DNA from: an uncultured bacterium
Lineage (GTDB): Bacteria; Armatimonadota; Abditibacteriia; Abditibacteriales; Abditibacteriaceae
DNA: 64,000 nucleotides
Assembly: GCA_963843795.1 (NCBI GenBank)
Contig: CAWJLW010000006.1
Span: 1,178,001 to 1,242,000, forward strand
Reading direction: 5' to 3'
The position numbers and the translations under genes are program-made. The notes under the pieces are model-generated. The model was not told the origin of the DNA, did no database searches, and was given only the letters and a program-made list of their open reading frames with translations. Positions 52,046 through 61,466 of this stretch are shown here, in pieces; position 1 is the stretch's first letter; each line of letters starts with the position of its first letter.

Positions 52046-55000
52046 ATGCTCGACTTTAAAAATTTATTCGGCAAGAAAACCGTTGATCCCAACGCGCCGA
52101 TTTCGCATCAAGCGCCCGGCGGTATCGCCGGAGCAGTTTCCAAGCTGTTCGACAAAAACGAAAAAGAAGTCGCCAAGCTGCGACCGACCATTGATCGCAT
52201 TCGCGAACTTGGCGAAGAACTCAAATCGCTGCCCGACGAAGAAATCAAAGCCCGCTCGCAGGCCTTGCGCGAACGCTTCAAAACCGACGTGACCCAACGT
52301 TTGGGCGAATTTAAAGATGGAGAAGGCAACGCTTACGGTTGGCAGGAACTCGGCACCGAGCTTTCGTGGAGCGACGATTACGCTCGCCTGCGACTGGAAA
52401 CTGAAAAGCAAGTTTTGAACGAATTGTTGCCCGAAGCCTTCGCTCTGGTACGCGAAGCGGGCGAACGCACAATTGGTTTGCGCCATTACGATGTGCAGCT
52501 TATCGGCGGCGCGGTTTTGCATTCGGGGCGCATCGCCGAAATGAAAACCGGTGAAGGCAAAACACTCGTCGCCACTTCGCCGGTTTATCTCAATGCACTC
52601 AGCGGGCGCGGCGTGCATTTGATTACGGTCAACGATTATTTGGCCGAGCGCGATGCGAACTGGATGCGGCCCGTTTATGAATTTTTGGGTCTCACGGTCG
52701 CGTTTTTGTTCAACGATATGGACAACGAGGCGCGCAAAGCTGCTTATCAATGCGACGTTTTGTATGCGACCAACAGCGAAGTTGGCTTCGATTATCTGCG
52801 CGATAACATGGCGCGCTCGCCCGAAGATATGGTGCAACGCGCGCTCAACTACGCCGTGGTCGATGAAGTTGACAACATCCTGATCGACGAAGCGCGCACG
52901 CCGCTGATTATCTCGGCGCAAGTTGCCAAAACTGACCGCGCTTTGCGCCGACAGGCGATGGCGAAAACTTGCGACAAATTGGCGCAGCAATTGATGCCTT
53001 CCGTCGTTGACCGCGAAATTGATGCGCTTTTGGATACGCACACGCATAAAGGCCGCGTTTCGATTGATGGATTAATGGAAGACATCATCGGGCGCGGCGC
53101 GTTTACAGAAGCGACTTCGTATCTTGTCGATGCCTATCTCAGCGCGGAAAACAGCGCGCGCGTCGAAAATGCCGCACATTTGCTGGATGTGGCGAACGAA
53201 CTTTCGCAGCATGCTTTAATTGATGAGAGCGGGCGCTCCCGCCTGGAAAAATTGGCCTTGGAAGCCGCCGATGTGGAAAAAGTGCGCGATGCGTGGACGG
53301 CAGAAGTTTCGCATTTGACCGAACCGCTGGCGCGCGCGTGGTCGGTCGGGCAGAGCAGCGATTGGGACGTTGATGCTGTGGCGCGCGAACTATCGCTGCC
53401 AGTTGGCGAGCGCGCAGCGATTGCCGAGTATGAGGGAAGTGGACGCGAAATCATCGCGCGCGTGGTCGGCGATGAGGCCCAACATCGCGGCTTTGTGAAT
53501 GATGGAGATGTGCTCGCCAAAGCCTTGCTGGAAGAATCCGAAGACGTGGCCGGGCAGGTTTTGGATGTGTGTTTGAACGGGCCGGGGGCGCTGCACGAAG
53601 CCGATGCAATGCTGGGCGAAGGTTTGCCCGAAGAAGAAAAGCTCTCCGCTGGCGAAGTGGGCGCGACTGAATTGCGCACCCTTATTGGCGCCATGGAGCA
53701 AATCGCGTTGCGCGGTTTGCTGCCGTTCGATGTGTTGGAACGTTTGTGGCAGACGGTGACTTTACCGCAAGGCGCGGACAAATTGCGTAAAGTAATCGCG
53801 CAAACTATTATCGAAAATCCCGGCGCCAATGCACGCGAAATTTCACTGCGTTGCCAGTCGTACGAAGCCGAACGCCAGAAGTTTTTGCAAACACAAGCGG
53901 GCATTCTGCGAGGCGCTTTGGATGGTTATCCCAGCGTAGCGGGCAAGGCCGAAACCGGGGAAAGCGCGCTGACCCTCAGGCGTTCGTTGCAAAGCGAAAT
54001 TACCAAAAGTGGGCCGTTTGCGCAAAGTATGAAAGCTGTGCGCGACTGGCGACAAGATAACGAACGCGCGCACCATCGCGTGGCCGAAACCCTGGCCGAA
54101 GAAATGGGGCAATGGGTCGAAACTCCGCCCAATGCGCGCAAACAACTCGCTGCCTTGACGCTTGAAGGCGGTAGCAGCCAACAAATGCTGGAGCGCGTTT
54201 TGGTCGCTGTGCGCGATTTGCCGGGCGAAAACACCGAACTGCCGGCGTTGGTCGGCGAAGCGACGCGACAAATCGAAGAATGGCGTCATCAAAGCGCGCA
54301 GGAATTGACCGAACGCATTAGCTCACACATCGAATTGCCCGCAGATGCGCAGTTGCAATTGCAAGAAGCAATTGAAAATGGCGAATACCCGGACACTTTC
54401 GATCAGTTCGCCGGTGAGGTTTTGCTTTCTTCACCAACCGTCGCGCCCCTCGCGGATGCGGTCGATGAATACGGCGTGCGTTTGGAAGAATTTAAATCCG
54501 CGCAGAATCAATCGCTGCTCGAATTCATTGCAAGTACTTGCGACCTGACAACTGATGCCGTGGATATGATTGGCGAAGTTTTGAACAGCCCGATTAAAGG
54601 CGCGCTGGATGAAGCCGTTTTTGGCGAATTGGCGCGCGATACGGTTTCGCGCCATTTGGAACCATTATTGACAGCCGAGAATGCCGATGCGTTTGCCGAG
54701 GAAGTCAAGCGCCGTATTCCGCTCGCCAAAGAAGTGCAGAACAAACTGCGCGCGGCAGATTTTGCCGGTCGTTCGGGCGATGCGCTCCGGCGTTCGATGG
54801 TGCGTCTGGTCGAACGTTCGCTGGAGATCATGCCATTTGAAGATTACAAGCGCGTGGTGCGCAACCTAGGTTGGTTGACTGAAAAGGATGAAAAGCGTCG
54901 CCAATCGGCTCTAACCGATATGGGCACGCTCATCGCCGAACGCGCGGCGGGCACACCAGCGTTTACCGATCCTGAAAACTTTCTGGATACGCTGATTGCG

Positions 55001-58000
55001 GGTGAAATTCTCACCGACGACGAAGCGGCGATTGTGCAGCGCGCGCAAACCGAAGCGCCCGACGAAACCCTGACGCAGACGATTGACCGCGTTTTGCGCT
55101 TGCCCGCCGAACGTCGCCGCCGCTTGGCCGAAGCCAAGTTGCAGGAAGTGCAAAACGTCTTGGATCAGGCGATTCGAGCGCACGCTTTATTCTCTCGCGA
55201 AGTGCATTATGTGATCGATTTGAACCCGGAAACCGGCAAGCGAGAAATCGTGATCGTCGATGAATCGACCGGTCGCAAAATGCCAGGCCGTCGTTTCAGC
55301 GAAGGTTTGCACGAGGCTTTGGAAGCCAAGCAAGGTTTGGAAGTGCAATTGGAATCGCAGACGGTTGCTTCGATCACGATTCAAAACTATTTCCGCCTTT
55401 ACAATAAGCTCAGTGGAATGACGGGCACGGCGAAAACCGAAGAACAAGAATTTGCCAAAACGTATGGCATGGAAGTGGTTTCGATTCCGACCAACCGCCC
55501 CATTCAGCGTCAGGATTTCCCCGACGTGGTTTACAAAACCAAAGAAGCCAAAATGCGCGCGGCGACTTTCGAGATTTTGGAACATCACTGCGTTGATCAG
55601 CCGGTTTTGGTCGGCACGCGCTCGGTTGAAGTTTCCGAACGCACCAGCGAACGATTGAAAGCGCAACCGTTGCAAGCCTTGGTGCTAGCGCACCTTGCGA
55701 AAACCGTGATTTGGGAATCGAAAGAAATGTCAGAAGAGCAAAAGCTGCAATTCCTGACCGCGCTGCGTGTTCCCTTAGTGATGCCGCCGGTTGAAGACGC
55801 ACAGGAATTGAAAAAGCAAGGTTTGCGCGCCGAACCGCTGCCGCTGAGTCAGATCAAGCAAATCGTGAAAAGCGTCGGCGTCGATCCTGACCCGCTGGCC
55901 GAAGCCAACATCGACAAACTGATGAGCTTGTTTTCGGTGAACAACGCCAATCGCGACCGATTGACTTTAGCGTTGAAAAACGGCTTGGCGCATTCGGTGT
56001 TAAATGCGAAAAACCACCGCAACGAAGCGCGCATTATCGCCGAAGCAGCGCGTCCAGGTGCGGTGACGATTGCGACCAACATGGCCGGTCGCGGCGTCGA
56101 TATTATGCTCGGCGGCGTTTTGGATGTCGAATCGCGCTGGCGCGTGATGACGATGCAAGCCCTGGCGCGCCATCTCGAAAATCGCTCGCTTCATGTGCGC
56201 AGCCGTAACGCAGCATCGACGGAAAAATTTGTCACTCGCTTGGCTCCACAAAGTTTGCAAGCCTTAGCGTGGGCAACTTTGATCGGTGAAAAATTGGAAG
56301 CGCTGGAAAAAAGCGGCGTTTTAATCGGGCAGGGCGCGAAAGAAATGCGTGACACGCTGGGGCAGGAAATCACGATTGCCGACTTGCAGCAGAAAGTTCG
56401 CAGTCGCGCGCGTCGTTTGAAAATTGATAAGCAATTGCCGCTCGACCTGAGCTACAACGACCCGCAAGTACTTGCTGCGTTGCAAAATCGCATTGCAACG
56501 CTGGGCTATCAAAAACCGGAGATTTCCGCACTGCAAAGCGCATTGGAAAATGGCGTGCCTTCGCAAGCGGCAGGACGCGATCCGCTGGAAAGCATGATTT
56601 TGGGCGCGCTGAGCGTACCATTGAGCATCGCTCAGCAGGGCGCGCAAAAGCTGGTGCAAGTACTTGCCGACGTGCCCGACTTGGATCGCGCGTTGCTGCA
56701 AGCGTGCATCGATTCCGGCAGTGACGAATTGGACGTGACACAAATCGCGCCCGTTGTCGGTGATGTGACCGATGAATGGTGTGCCACTCGTTTGCATGAT
56801 TGGGACGTGACCAATCGCGACGAGGCACGTCAAATTCTGGAACAGTTGCCTGAAGAACAAATCGAAATCAACGAAGCGCAAATCGCGCGTTTGTTAGGTG
56901 AGCAGAATCTGGGTGGCGGCTGGGTGCGCGAGCGTTTGAATTCTTGGGAAATCTGTTCGATTCCACGTTCATTTGAAGCGAGCGAAGAGATCGCGCAATT
57001 GCTGGGTGATAACGTCGTCGTGCATTATCGTTTGGATACACAAGCCGCGCAAGTACTTGCGGAGCGTTTCGAGAACGACCAGATGGCGCAATTGGAAACG
57101 ACCGAAATTGATGCGCCGAACGTGATTTTATTAAACGATCTGGTGCAGCAGATCGGCGGGCAACCAGATTGGTTGTCGCCAGAATGGTTGCACGGACAGT
57201 TGCTGGGCATGAACCTGGTCACTGGCGATAACGACGTATTCCAAGGCCAAATGATGGCCCAAGCGCAGGACGAAAACGGGCAGGTGCAGGAAATGCCGAT
57301 TGATGTGATGATTTACCGCATTACATTGGCGCGCTTGCTGGCCGCTCTCGATTCGACCTTACGCGAAGCCGTAGTGCGTGTCGGCGATGATGCGGTCAAA
57401 GTCTTAGATTACGTGCGCGAACATGGCGCGTGGGCCAACGAACTGGTGACGCGCGATTATATCGCGGCGCGTTTGCCCATGTTGGGCGATATTCCCATCA
57501 CGCAGAACCAGAATAACGCAGTCAACATCGAAACGGGCGTGGCCGGACAAAGCGCCGATCTGGTGTTGGACGACGAACCTCGTCCCGAAGAGATCGCCCA
57601 CACTTCCGAGCAAGAGGAAGTTTTGGCCCTCGGCGGCTTGCACATTCTGGGCACCGAGCGCCATGAATCGCGGCGCATCGACCATCAGTTGCGCGGTCGC
57701 GCTGGTCGTCAGGGCGATCCGGGTTCGAGCCGCTTTTATGTGTCTTTGGAAGACGAATTGTGGCGTTTGTTCGGCGTGCGCGGGCAGTGGCTGCTGAACA
57801 AATGGGACGAGGACGAGCCGGTCGAAGCGGGCATGATTTCCAAGTCGATTGAGCGCGCACAGAAGAAGGTCGAGCTGAACCATTTCGAAGGCCGCAAACA
57901 CGTCTTGCAATATGACGACGTGATGAATGTGCAGCGCGAAGTGATTTATCGCGAACGCCGCCGCGCCTTGTTGGGTGGCGACTTACATGAAACGGTTTTG

Positions 58001-58735
58001 GATATGGCTCAACAAGCGGCGATTGGCGAGGCCGAAAAGCATTGTCCGGGCGGCGTGCGACCCGAAGAATGGGACGTGCATAAATTGATGCTCGGCCTGA
58101 GCCGCATCTTCGGCGCGCACCGTATCGGCAAACATTTGAATGTTGAAGAACTGGAAGGTTTGCGTTCGCGCGAGGAGATGGACGATCACCTGAAAGAAGT
58201 GATGGCCGAAATTTATGCCGAGCGCGAACATGAAATGGGCGCCGAATATCTGCGCGGCCTGGAGCGTTGGCTGGTCACGCGCACCATCGATGAATATTGG
58301 ATGGAGCATTTGGCGGAAATGGATTATCTGCGCGAAGCGATCTGGCAGGAAGGTTACGCGCAGAAAGAACCGATTGGCGTTTATCGTCAGGAAGGCTTTG
58401 CCCTGTTCCAAAAAATGCTTGGCGAAATTCGCCGCGAAGTTTCGGAGGGCATTTTCTCGCAACAAAACGAGCCGCAGACCATGGAAAGCTTGCAACTCAG
58501 CGGCGTCGATTTGAGCGGTTTGGATTTGTCCGAATTGCAAGAAGGCCGTCTGGTTGAAGCGCTGTCAATGGACGATGATGGAATGGACGACGGCGCGCTG
58601 TTGGCCAAAGATGCCGATGGCGAAAACGAAGACCAAGTCATCGTGCGTCAATCCTCACATGCTCCAGCAATGGCAGGCAGTTCCGAAGTGGAAAATTCCA
58701 ATCGTGCAGCACGGCGCGATAAAAAGAATCGTTAA
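52046..58735 (+). CDS. secA: Preprotein translocase ATPase SecA, giant 2229-aa form
   Basis: [17 protein letters not shown]-like [80 protein letters not shown]. Confidence 0.95.
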   Translation: MLDFKNLFGKKTVDPNAPISHQAPGGIAGAVSKLFDKNEKEVAKLRPTIDRIRELGEELKSLPDEEIKARSQALRERFKTDVTQRLGEFKDGEGNAYGWQELGTELSWSDDYARLRLETEKQVLNELLPEAFALVREAGERTIGLRHYDVQLIGGAVLHSGRIAEMKTGEGKTLVATSPVYLNALSGRGVHLITVNDYLAERDANWMRPVYEFLGLTVAFLFNDMDNEARKAAYQCDVLYATNSEVGFDYLRDNMARSPEDMVQRALNYAVVDEVDNILIDEARTPLIISAQVAKTDRALRRQAMAKTCDKLAQQLMPSVVDREIDALLDTHTHKGRVSIDGLMEDIIGRGAFTEATSYLVDAYLSAENSARVENAAHLLDVANELSQHALIDESGRSRLEKLALEAADVEKVRDAWTAEVSHLTEPLARAWSVGQSSDWDVDAVARELSLPVGERAAIAEYEGSGREIIARVVGDEAQHRGFVNDGDVLAKALLEESEDVAGQVLDVCLNGPGALHEADAMLGEGLPEEEKLSAGEVGATELRTLIGAMEQIALRGLLPFDVLERLWQTVTLPQGADKLRKVIAQTIIENPGANAREISLRCQSYEAERQKFLQTQAGILRGALDGYPSVAGKAETGESALTLRRSLQSEITKSGPFAQSMKAVRDWRQDNERAHHRVAETLAEEMGQWVETPPNARKQLAALTLEGGSSQQMLERVLVAVRDLPGENTELPALVGEATRQIEEWRHQSAQELTERISSHIELPADAQLQLQEAIENGEYPDTFDQFAGEVLLSSPTVAPLADAVDEYGVRLEEFKSAQNQSLLEFIASTCDLTTDAVDMIGEVLNSPIKGALDEAVFGELARDTVSRHLEPLLTAENADAFAEEVKRRIPLAKEVQNKLRAADFAGRSGDALRRSMVRLVERSLEIMPFEDYKRVVRNLGWLTEKDEKRRQSALTDMGTLIAERAAGTPAFTDPENFLDTLIAGEILTDDEAAIVQRAQTEAPDETLTQTIDRVLRLPAERRRRLAEAKLQEVQNVLDQAIRAHALFSREVHYVIDLNPETGKREIVIVDESTGRKMPGRRFSEGLHEALEAKQGLEVQLESQTVASITIQNYFRLYNKLSGMTGTAKTEEQEFAKTYGMEVVSIPTNRPIQRQDFPDVVYKTKEAKMRAATFEILEHHCVDQPVLVGTRSVEVSERTSERLKAQPLQALVLAHLAKTVIWESKEMSEEQKLQFLTALRVPLVMPPVEDAQELKKQGLRAEPLPLSQIKQIVKSVGVDPDPLAEANIDKLMSLFSVNNANRDRLTLALKNGLAHSVLNAKNHRNEARIIAEAARPGAVTIATNMAGRGVDIMLGGVLDVESRWRVMTMQALARHLENRSLHVRSRNAASTEKFVTRLAPQSLQALAWATLIGEKLEALEKSGVLIGQGAKEMRDTLGQEITIADLQQKVRSRARRLKIDKQLPLDLSYNDPQVLAALQNRIATLGYQKPEISALQSALENGVPSQAAGRDPLESMILGALSVPLSIAQQGAQKLVQVLADVPDLDRALLQACIDSGSDELDVTQIAPVVGDVTDEWCATRLHDWDVTNRDEARQILEQLPEEQIEINEAQIARLLGEQNLGGGWVRERLNSWEICSIPRSFEASEEIAQLLGDNVVVHYRLDTQAAQVLAERFENDQMAQLETTEIDAPNVILLNDLVQQIGGQPDWLSPEWLHGQLLGMNLVTGDNDVFQGQMMAQAQDENGQVQEMPIDVMIYRITLARLLAALDSTLREAVVRVGDDAVKVLDYVREHGAWANELVTRDYIAARLPMLGDIPITQNQNNAVNIETGVAGQSADLVLDDEPRPEEIAHTSEQEEVLALGGLHILGTERHESRRIDHQLRGRAGRQGDPGSSRFYVSLEDELWRLFGVRGQWLLNKWDEDEPVEAGMISKSIERAQKKVELNHFEGRKHVLQYDDVMNVQREVIYRERRRALLGGDLHETVLDMAQQAAIGEAEKHCPGGVRPEEWDVHKLMLGLSRIFGAHRIGKHLNVEELEGLRSREEMDDHLKEVMAEIYAEREHEMGAEYLRGLERWLVTRTIDEYWMEHLAEMDYLREAIWQEGYAQKEPIGVYRQEGFALFQKMLGEIRREVSEGIFSQQNEPQTMESLQLSGVDLSGLDLSELQEGRLVEALSMDDDGMDDGALLAKDADGENEDQVIVRQSSHAPAMAGSSEVENSNRAARRDKKNR

Positions 58736-58744
58736 GCTACAACC

Positions 58745-58778
58745 CAAAGCCTCCTGCAAGTACTTGCAGGAGGCTTTG
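58745..58778 (+). terminator. 34-bp perfect palindrome centred on the iterated motif, after the secA stop
   Basis: CAAAGCCTCCTGCAAGT/ACTTGCAGGAGGCTTTG. Confidence 0.55.
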
Positions 58779-58788
58779 TGCTTTCATT

Positions 58789-59307
58789 ATGAAACAACAT
58801 TACGCAATGATGGCGGCTTACAATCGTTGGATGAACGGGCGATTATATGAAGCGTGCTCGACTTTGAGCGATGAAATGCGGCGCGAAAATCGTGGCGCGT
58901 TTTTTCGCTCGATTCATGATACATTCAATCATCTGGTGCTGGCCGATCAAATTTGGCTGGGTCGCTTTCGCGGCGTGCCATTTGAGGTCGCTTCTTTGGA
59001 TGAACCGATGGCCGCTTCGTGGGAAGAGTTGCACGCGTTGCGAATGCGGATTGATGTTGAGATTGAGGAATGGTTGAACGGTGTTGATGAAGAGCAATTG
59101 CAGGGCAAGTTGACGTTTCGAACGGTAATCAATCCGCAGCAAATTTCTTTGCCACTGTGGTTGAGCGTCACGCATTTCTTTAATCATCAAACGCATCATC
59201 GCGGGCAAATTACGACGTTGATGGAACAAATCGGCTGCGATTCGGGCGTCACCGATTTGCTTTATTCGCCGTCTGCTATCGCGCTGCGCTCGGTTTCGCC
59301 CTTATAA
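58789..59307 (+). CDS. DinB/YfiT family protein
   Basis: YNRWMN, SIHDTFNHLVLAD, HFFNHQTHHRGQ. Confidence 0.9.
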   Translation: MKQHYAMMAAYNRWMNGRLYEACSTLSDEMRRENRGAFFRSIHDTFNHLVLADQIWLGRFRGVPFEVASLDEPMAASWEELHALRMRIDVEIEEWLNGVDEEQLQGKLTFRTVINPQQISLPLWLSVTHFFNHQTHHRGQITTLMEQIGCDSGVTDLLYSPSAIALRSVSPL

Positions 59308-59309
59308 TC

Positions 59310-59765
59310 ATGGAATTTTCACTCACTACGCCCGCGCTGTTGTTTCCGGCGATTTCGCTTTTACTGCTGGCTTACACCAATCGTTTCTTGGCTCTTGCAG
59401 CTTTGATTCGTAACCTGCACGCGCGTTATCAGGACGCACCAGAACCCTTGTTGCGCGCGCAAATCGAAGCGTTGCGAACGCGTGTGAAATTGATTCGTGA
59501 TATGCAGACTTTGGGTGTTTCGGGCTTATTCTGCTGCGTGTTTTGTATGCTGTTGTTGTTTGTGGGCAAGCTTGTCGCTGGCAAATTTGTTTTCGCCGTC
59601 GCCTTGCTTTTATTGCTGGCATCGCTGGGTTTGTCGATTCGAGAGATTCAGATTTCGGTGAATGCGCTGAACTTGCAACTTAGCGATTTAGATGTCGAAG
59701 AAAAAGATAATCAAGCGCCACGTCGTTGGCGTAATGTCGAACGCAGTGAGAACGATGCGGCGTGA
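59310..59765 (+). CDS. DUF2721 family membrane protein
   Basis: TTPALLFPAISLLLLAYTNRF; REIQISVNAL. Confidence 0.85.
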   Translation: MEFSLTTPALLFPAISLLLLAYTNRFLALAALIRNLHARYQDAPEPLLRAQIEALRTRVKLIRDMQTLGVSGLFCCVFCMLLLFVGKLVAGKFVFAVALLLLLASLGLSIREIQISVNALNLQLSDLDVEEKDNQAPRRWRNVERSENDAA

Positions 59766-59790
59766 ATGTTAAAAAAATCGCGCGCGATGC

Positions 59791-59819
59791 TTGACGAGAC
59801 GCGTGAGGCGCGTTAAGAT
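59791..59819 (+). promoter_or_regulatory. Sigma70-type promoter of tRNA-Ala
   Basis: TTGACG-17 bp-TAAGAT, A-tract upstream. Confidence 0.65.
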
Positions 59820-59854
59820 TACATGGCGCCTGAAAAATGGCGCGCTGTAAGATT

Positions 59855-59927
59855 GGGGCCATAGCTCAGCTGGGAGAGCGCCTGAATGGCATTCAGGAGG
59901 TCAGCGGTTCGATCCCGCTTGGCTCCA
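59855..59927 (+). tRNA. tRNA-Ala (GGC), CCA not encoded
   Basis: GGGGCCA/TGGCTCC acceptor stem with G3:U70; anticodon arm CCTGA-ATGGCAT-TCAGG; GGTTCGATCC T-arm. Confidence 0.96.
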
Positions 59928-61087
59928 TTTTTCAAGGCGGGCATTGGCGAAAATTGTATTTCGTCAATCCCCGCCTTACGTTTTCTGGTTGCTCCTGCCG
60001 TTTCGCCGCTTTGAAGCTCTTAAATCCCCGTTTAGGAGCCAAAAAATGGCAAATACCCATCCTGATTATAAGTCACACTCACATTTTGTTCCGCAGTCCA
60101 GATCACAACCCCAAATCGTCGTAAAACCCTCCGTTATCGTTGCCGGCCCGGTCCCGAGCACCCCACTCGAGGCTTCGCCCCTTCAAGCTTCGCCCCTTCA
60201 AATCGTGGTCGACAATTTTCGCGCGCTCCTAACCTTTCTGCATCCACTTCTGTGCCTTCACTCAATGGTGTGGTGATCGACGCCGATGCCGCTTCCTTGC
60301 TAAATCTGGTTTTGCAGCAGTTACGTGAAGGCGGAATTCTATCTCCAGCCGCCCTGAATACTTCGGGCGCCGGCATCCCGCTCGCGGCTCTCAAGCGCTT
60401 CAATGATGACTGGCTCTTTATTGTGCGCCACGGCGAAGGTTTATGATGCACTATGCCATCGTGAGCAACCAACACTTGCAGGAAAACATCTGCGCCACTC
60501 GCCGGTGTCGCGGATGTTGAAGAAGCGGTAAATCCGCGTGCCATTTTGCCTCCTCATTTATTTGCTTCACTTTTCTTGAAGCTTTGCTGTTCCACTCTCC
60601 TGGCTGCAAGTACTTGCAGCCAGAATGGCGGAGCAAATTCAATTCTCGCGCGTTACGGTTCAAAGGCTTCAAGAAGAATCCAGCCCCAAAATCGACCCTT
60701 TCCGGCGCATAGTGAAGAACAATCTTTTTTCCGCGTTTTATTGCTAATGACTCGCATTCAAGCTCTCACGCGATTTCATGAAATCTCCATTGCCGCATGG
60801 CGCTCGCAAAGAGATCGCGTCGCTGACGAAGCTCAGCTTGCTTTTGATTTTGCCTTTGGGTTTCTGGCCCCTTACCTCGGGCACGTTCTCTCGGCTGCGT
60901 GCCTGCAACCGATTACTGCAAGTACTCGCGAAGCTGCCGTTTTCGGTTGGACAGTAAAAACAGTAAAAGAGGAAGAGCGTAAAAATGAAGGTGTCAGTAA
61001 ATTAAAACGAAAAGGATTTAGTGAGGAGTAAATCACGGGCGGCGACAGTAAAGTAGTTTTGTTCCAACAAGACGCCCAACAAAGCAC

Positions 61088-61126
61088 CGCAACCGACCGC
61101 CATAGCGCAACCGACCGCCATAGCGC
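61088..61126. repeat. 18-bp tandem duplication
   Basis: CGCAACCGACCGCCATAG x2 plus CGC. Confidence 0.85.
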
Positions 61127-61466
61127 GGGTCAATTAAAGAAATAGTTGGCCCTGCGGCGGTTGAGTTTAGTGTTTGTCGTTGCCAATCGAGCATCAGGAG
61201 AGTCTGCAATGACTTTGCACGTTTGATGAATGCCACTAGCTCTTATCGGTCATATCGTTTGCCGCGCTCCTTAACGCCAGCGCATATGGGTGTCAGTTCA
61301 TCAGTTCTAGCGAGACGAGCGATAGTGCGAGTGCAGACAGCGAGCAAGCGGGCTGCCTGCAGTTCTGCCACAGGTAATTTTGGGAGAGCGAGGGGCTGGC
61401 CGCCGATTTATAGCTCAAGTGCTTTTTAATCCTTGGAATGGAGTTCCATGTGTTGTAGGGGCCAGA

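Larger units (their letters stand above)
1894..60616. repeat. Dispersed, highly iterated palindrome GCAAGTACTTGC (often TGCAAGTACTTGCA), about 41 exact copies
   Basis: Hand-located 12-mer starts: 1894,3343,4045,5031,6344,7474,8539,9979,10922,14193,17105,17384,18420,20612,21269,23801,25802,27278,28412,29547,30559,34085,34129,36424,38866,41248,41534,43908,44203,46560,47441,48307,50254,51772,51968,54530,56464,56656,57049,58756,60605. Confidence 0.97.

Noticed and set aside
52950..57613. SecA insertions as inteins or introns
   Set aside because: No C/S...HN-C/S/T splice junctions, LAGLIDADG or Hint motifs were seen; the inserts are in frame, helical and partly self-derived.
1894..60616. Iterated palindrome as a CRISPR array or MITE
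   Set aside because: Copies are dispersed at irregular kb-scale spacing, the shared core is only 12-16 bp, flanks differ, and there are no cas genes, target-site duplications or common element body.
59944..61031. Small ORFs after tRNA-Ala as prophage or integrase genes
   Set aside because: No recombinase or phage motifs were recognised and the frames are fragmentary, so they are not called as CDS.
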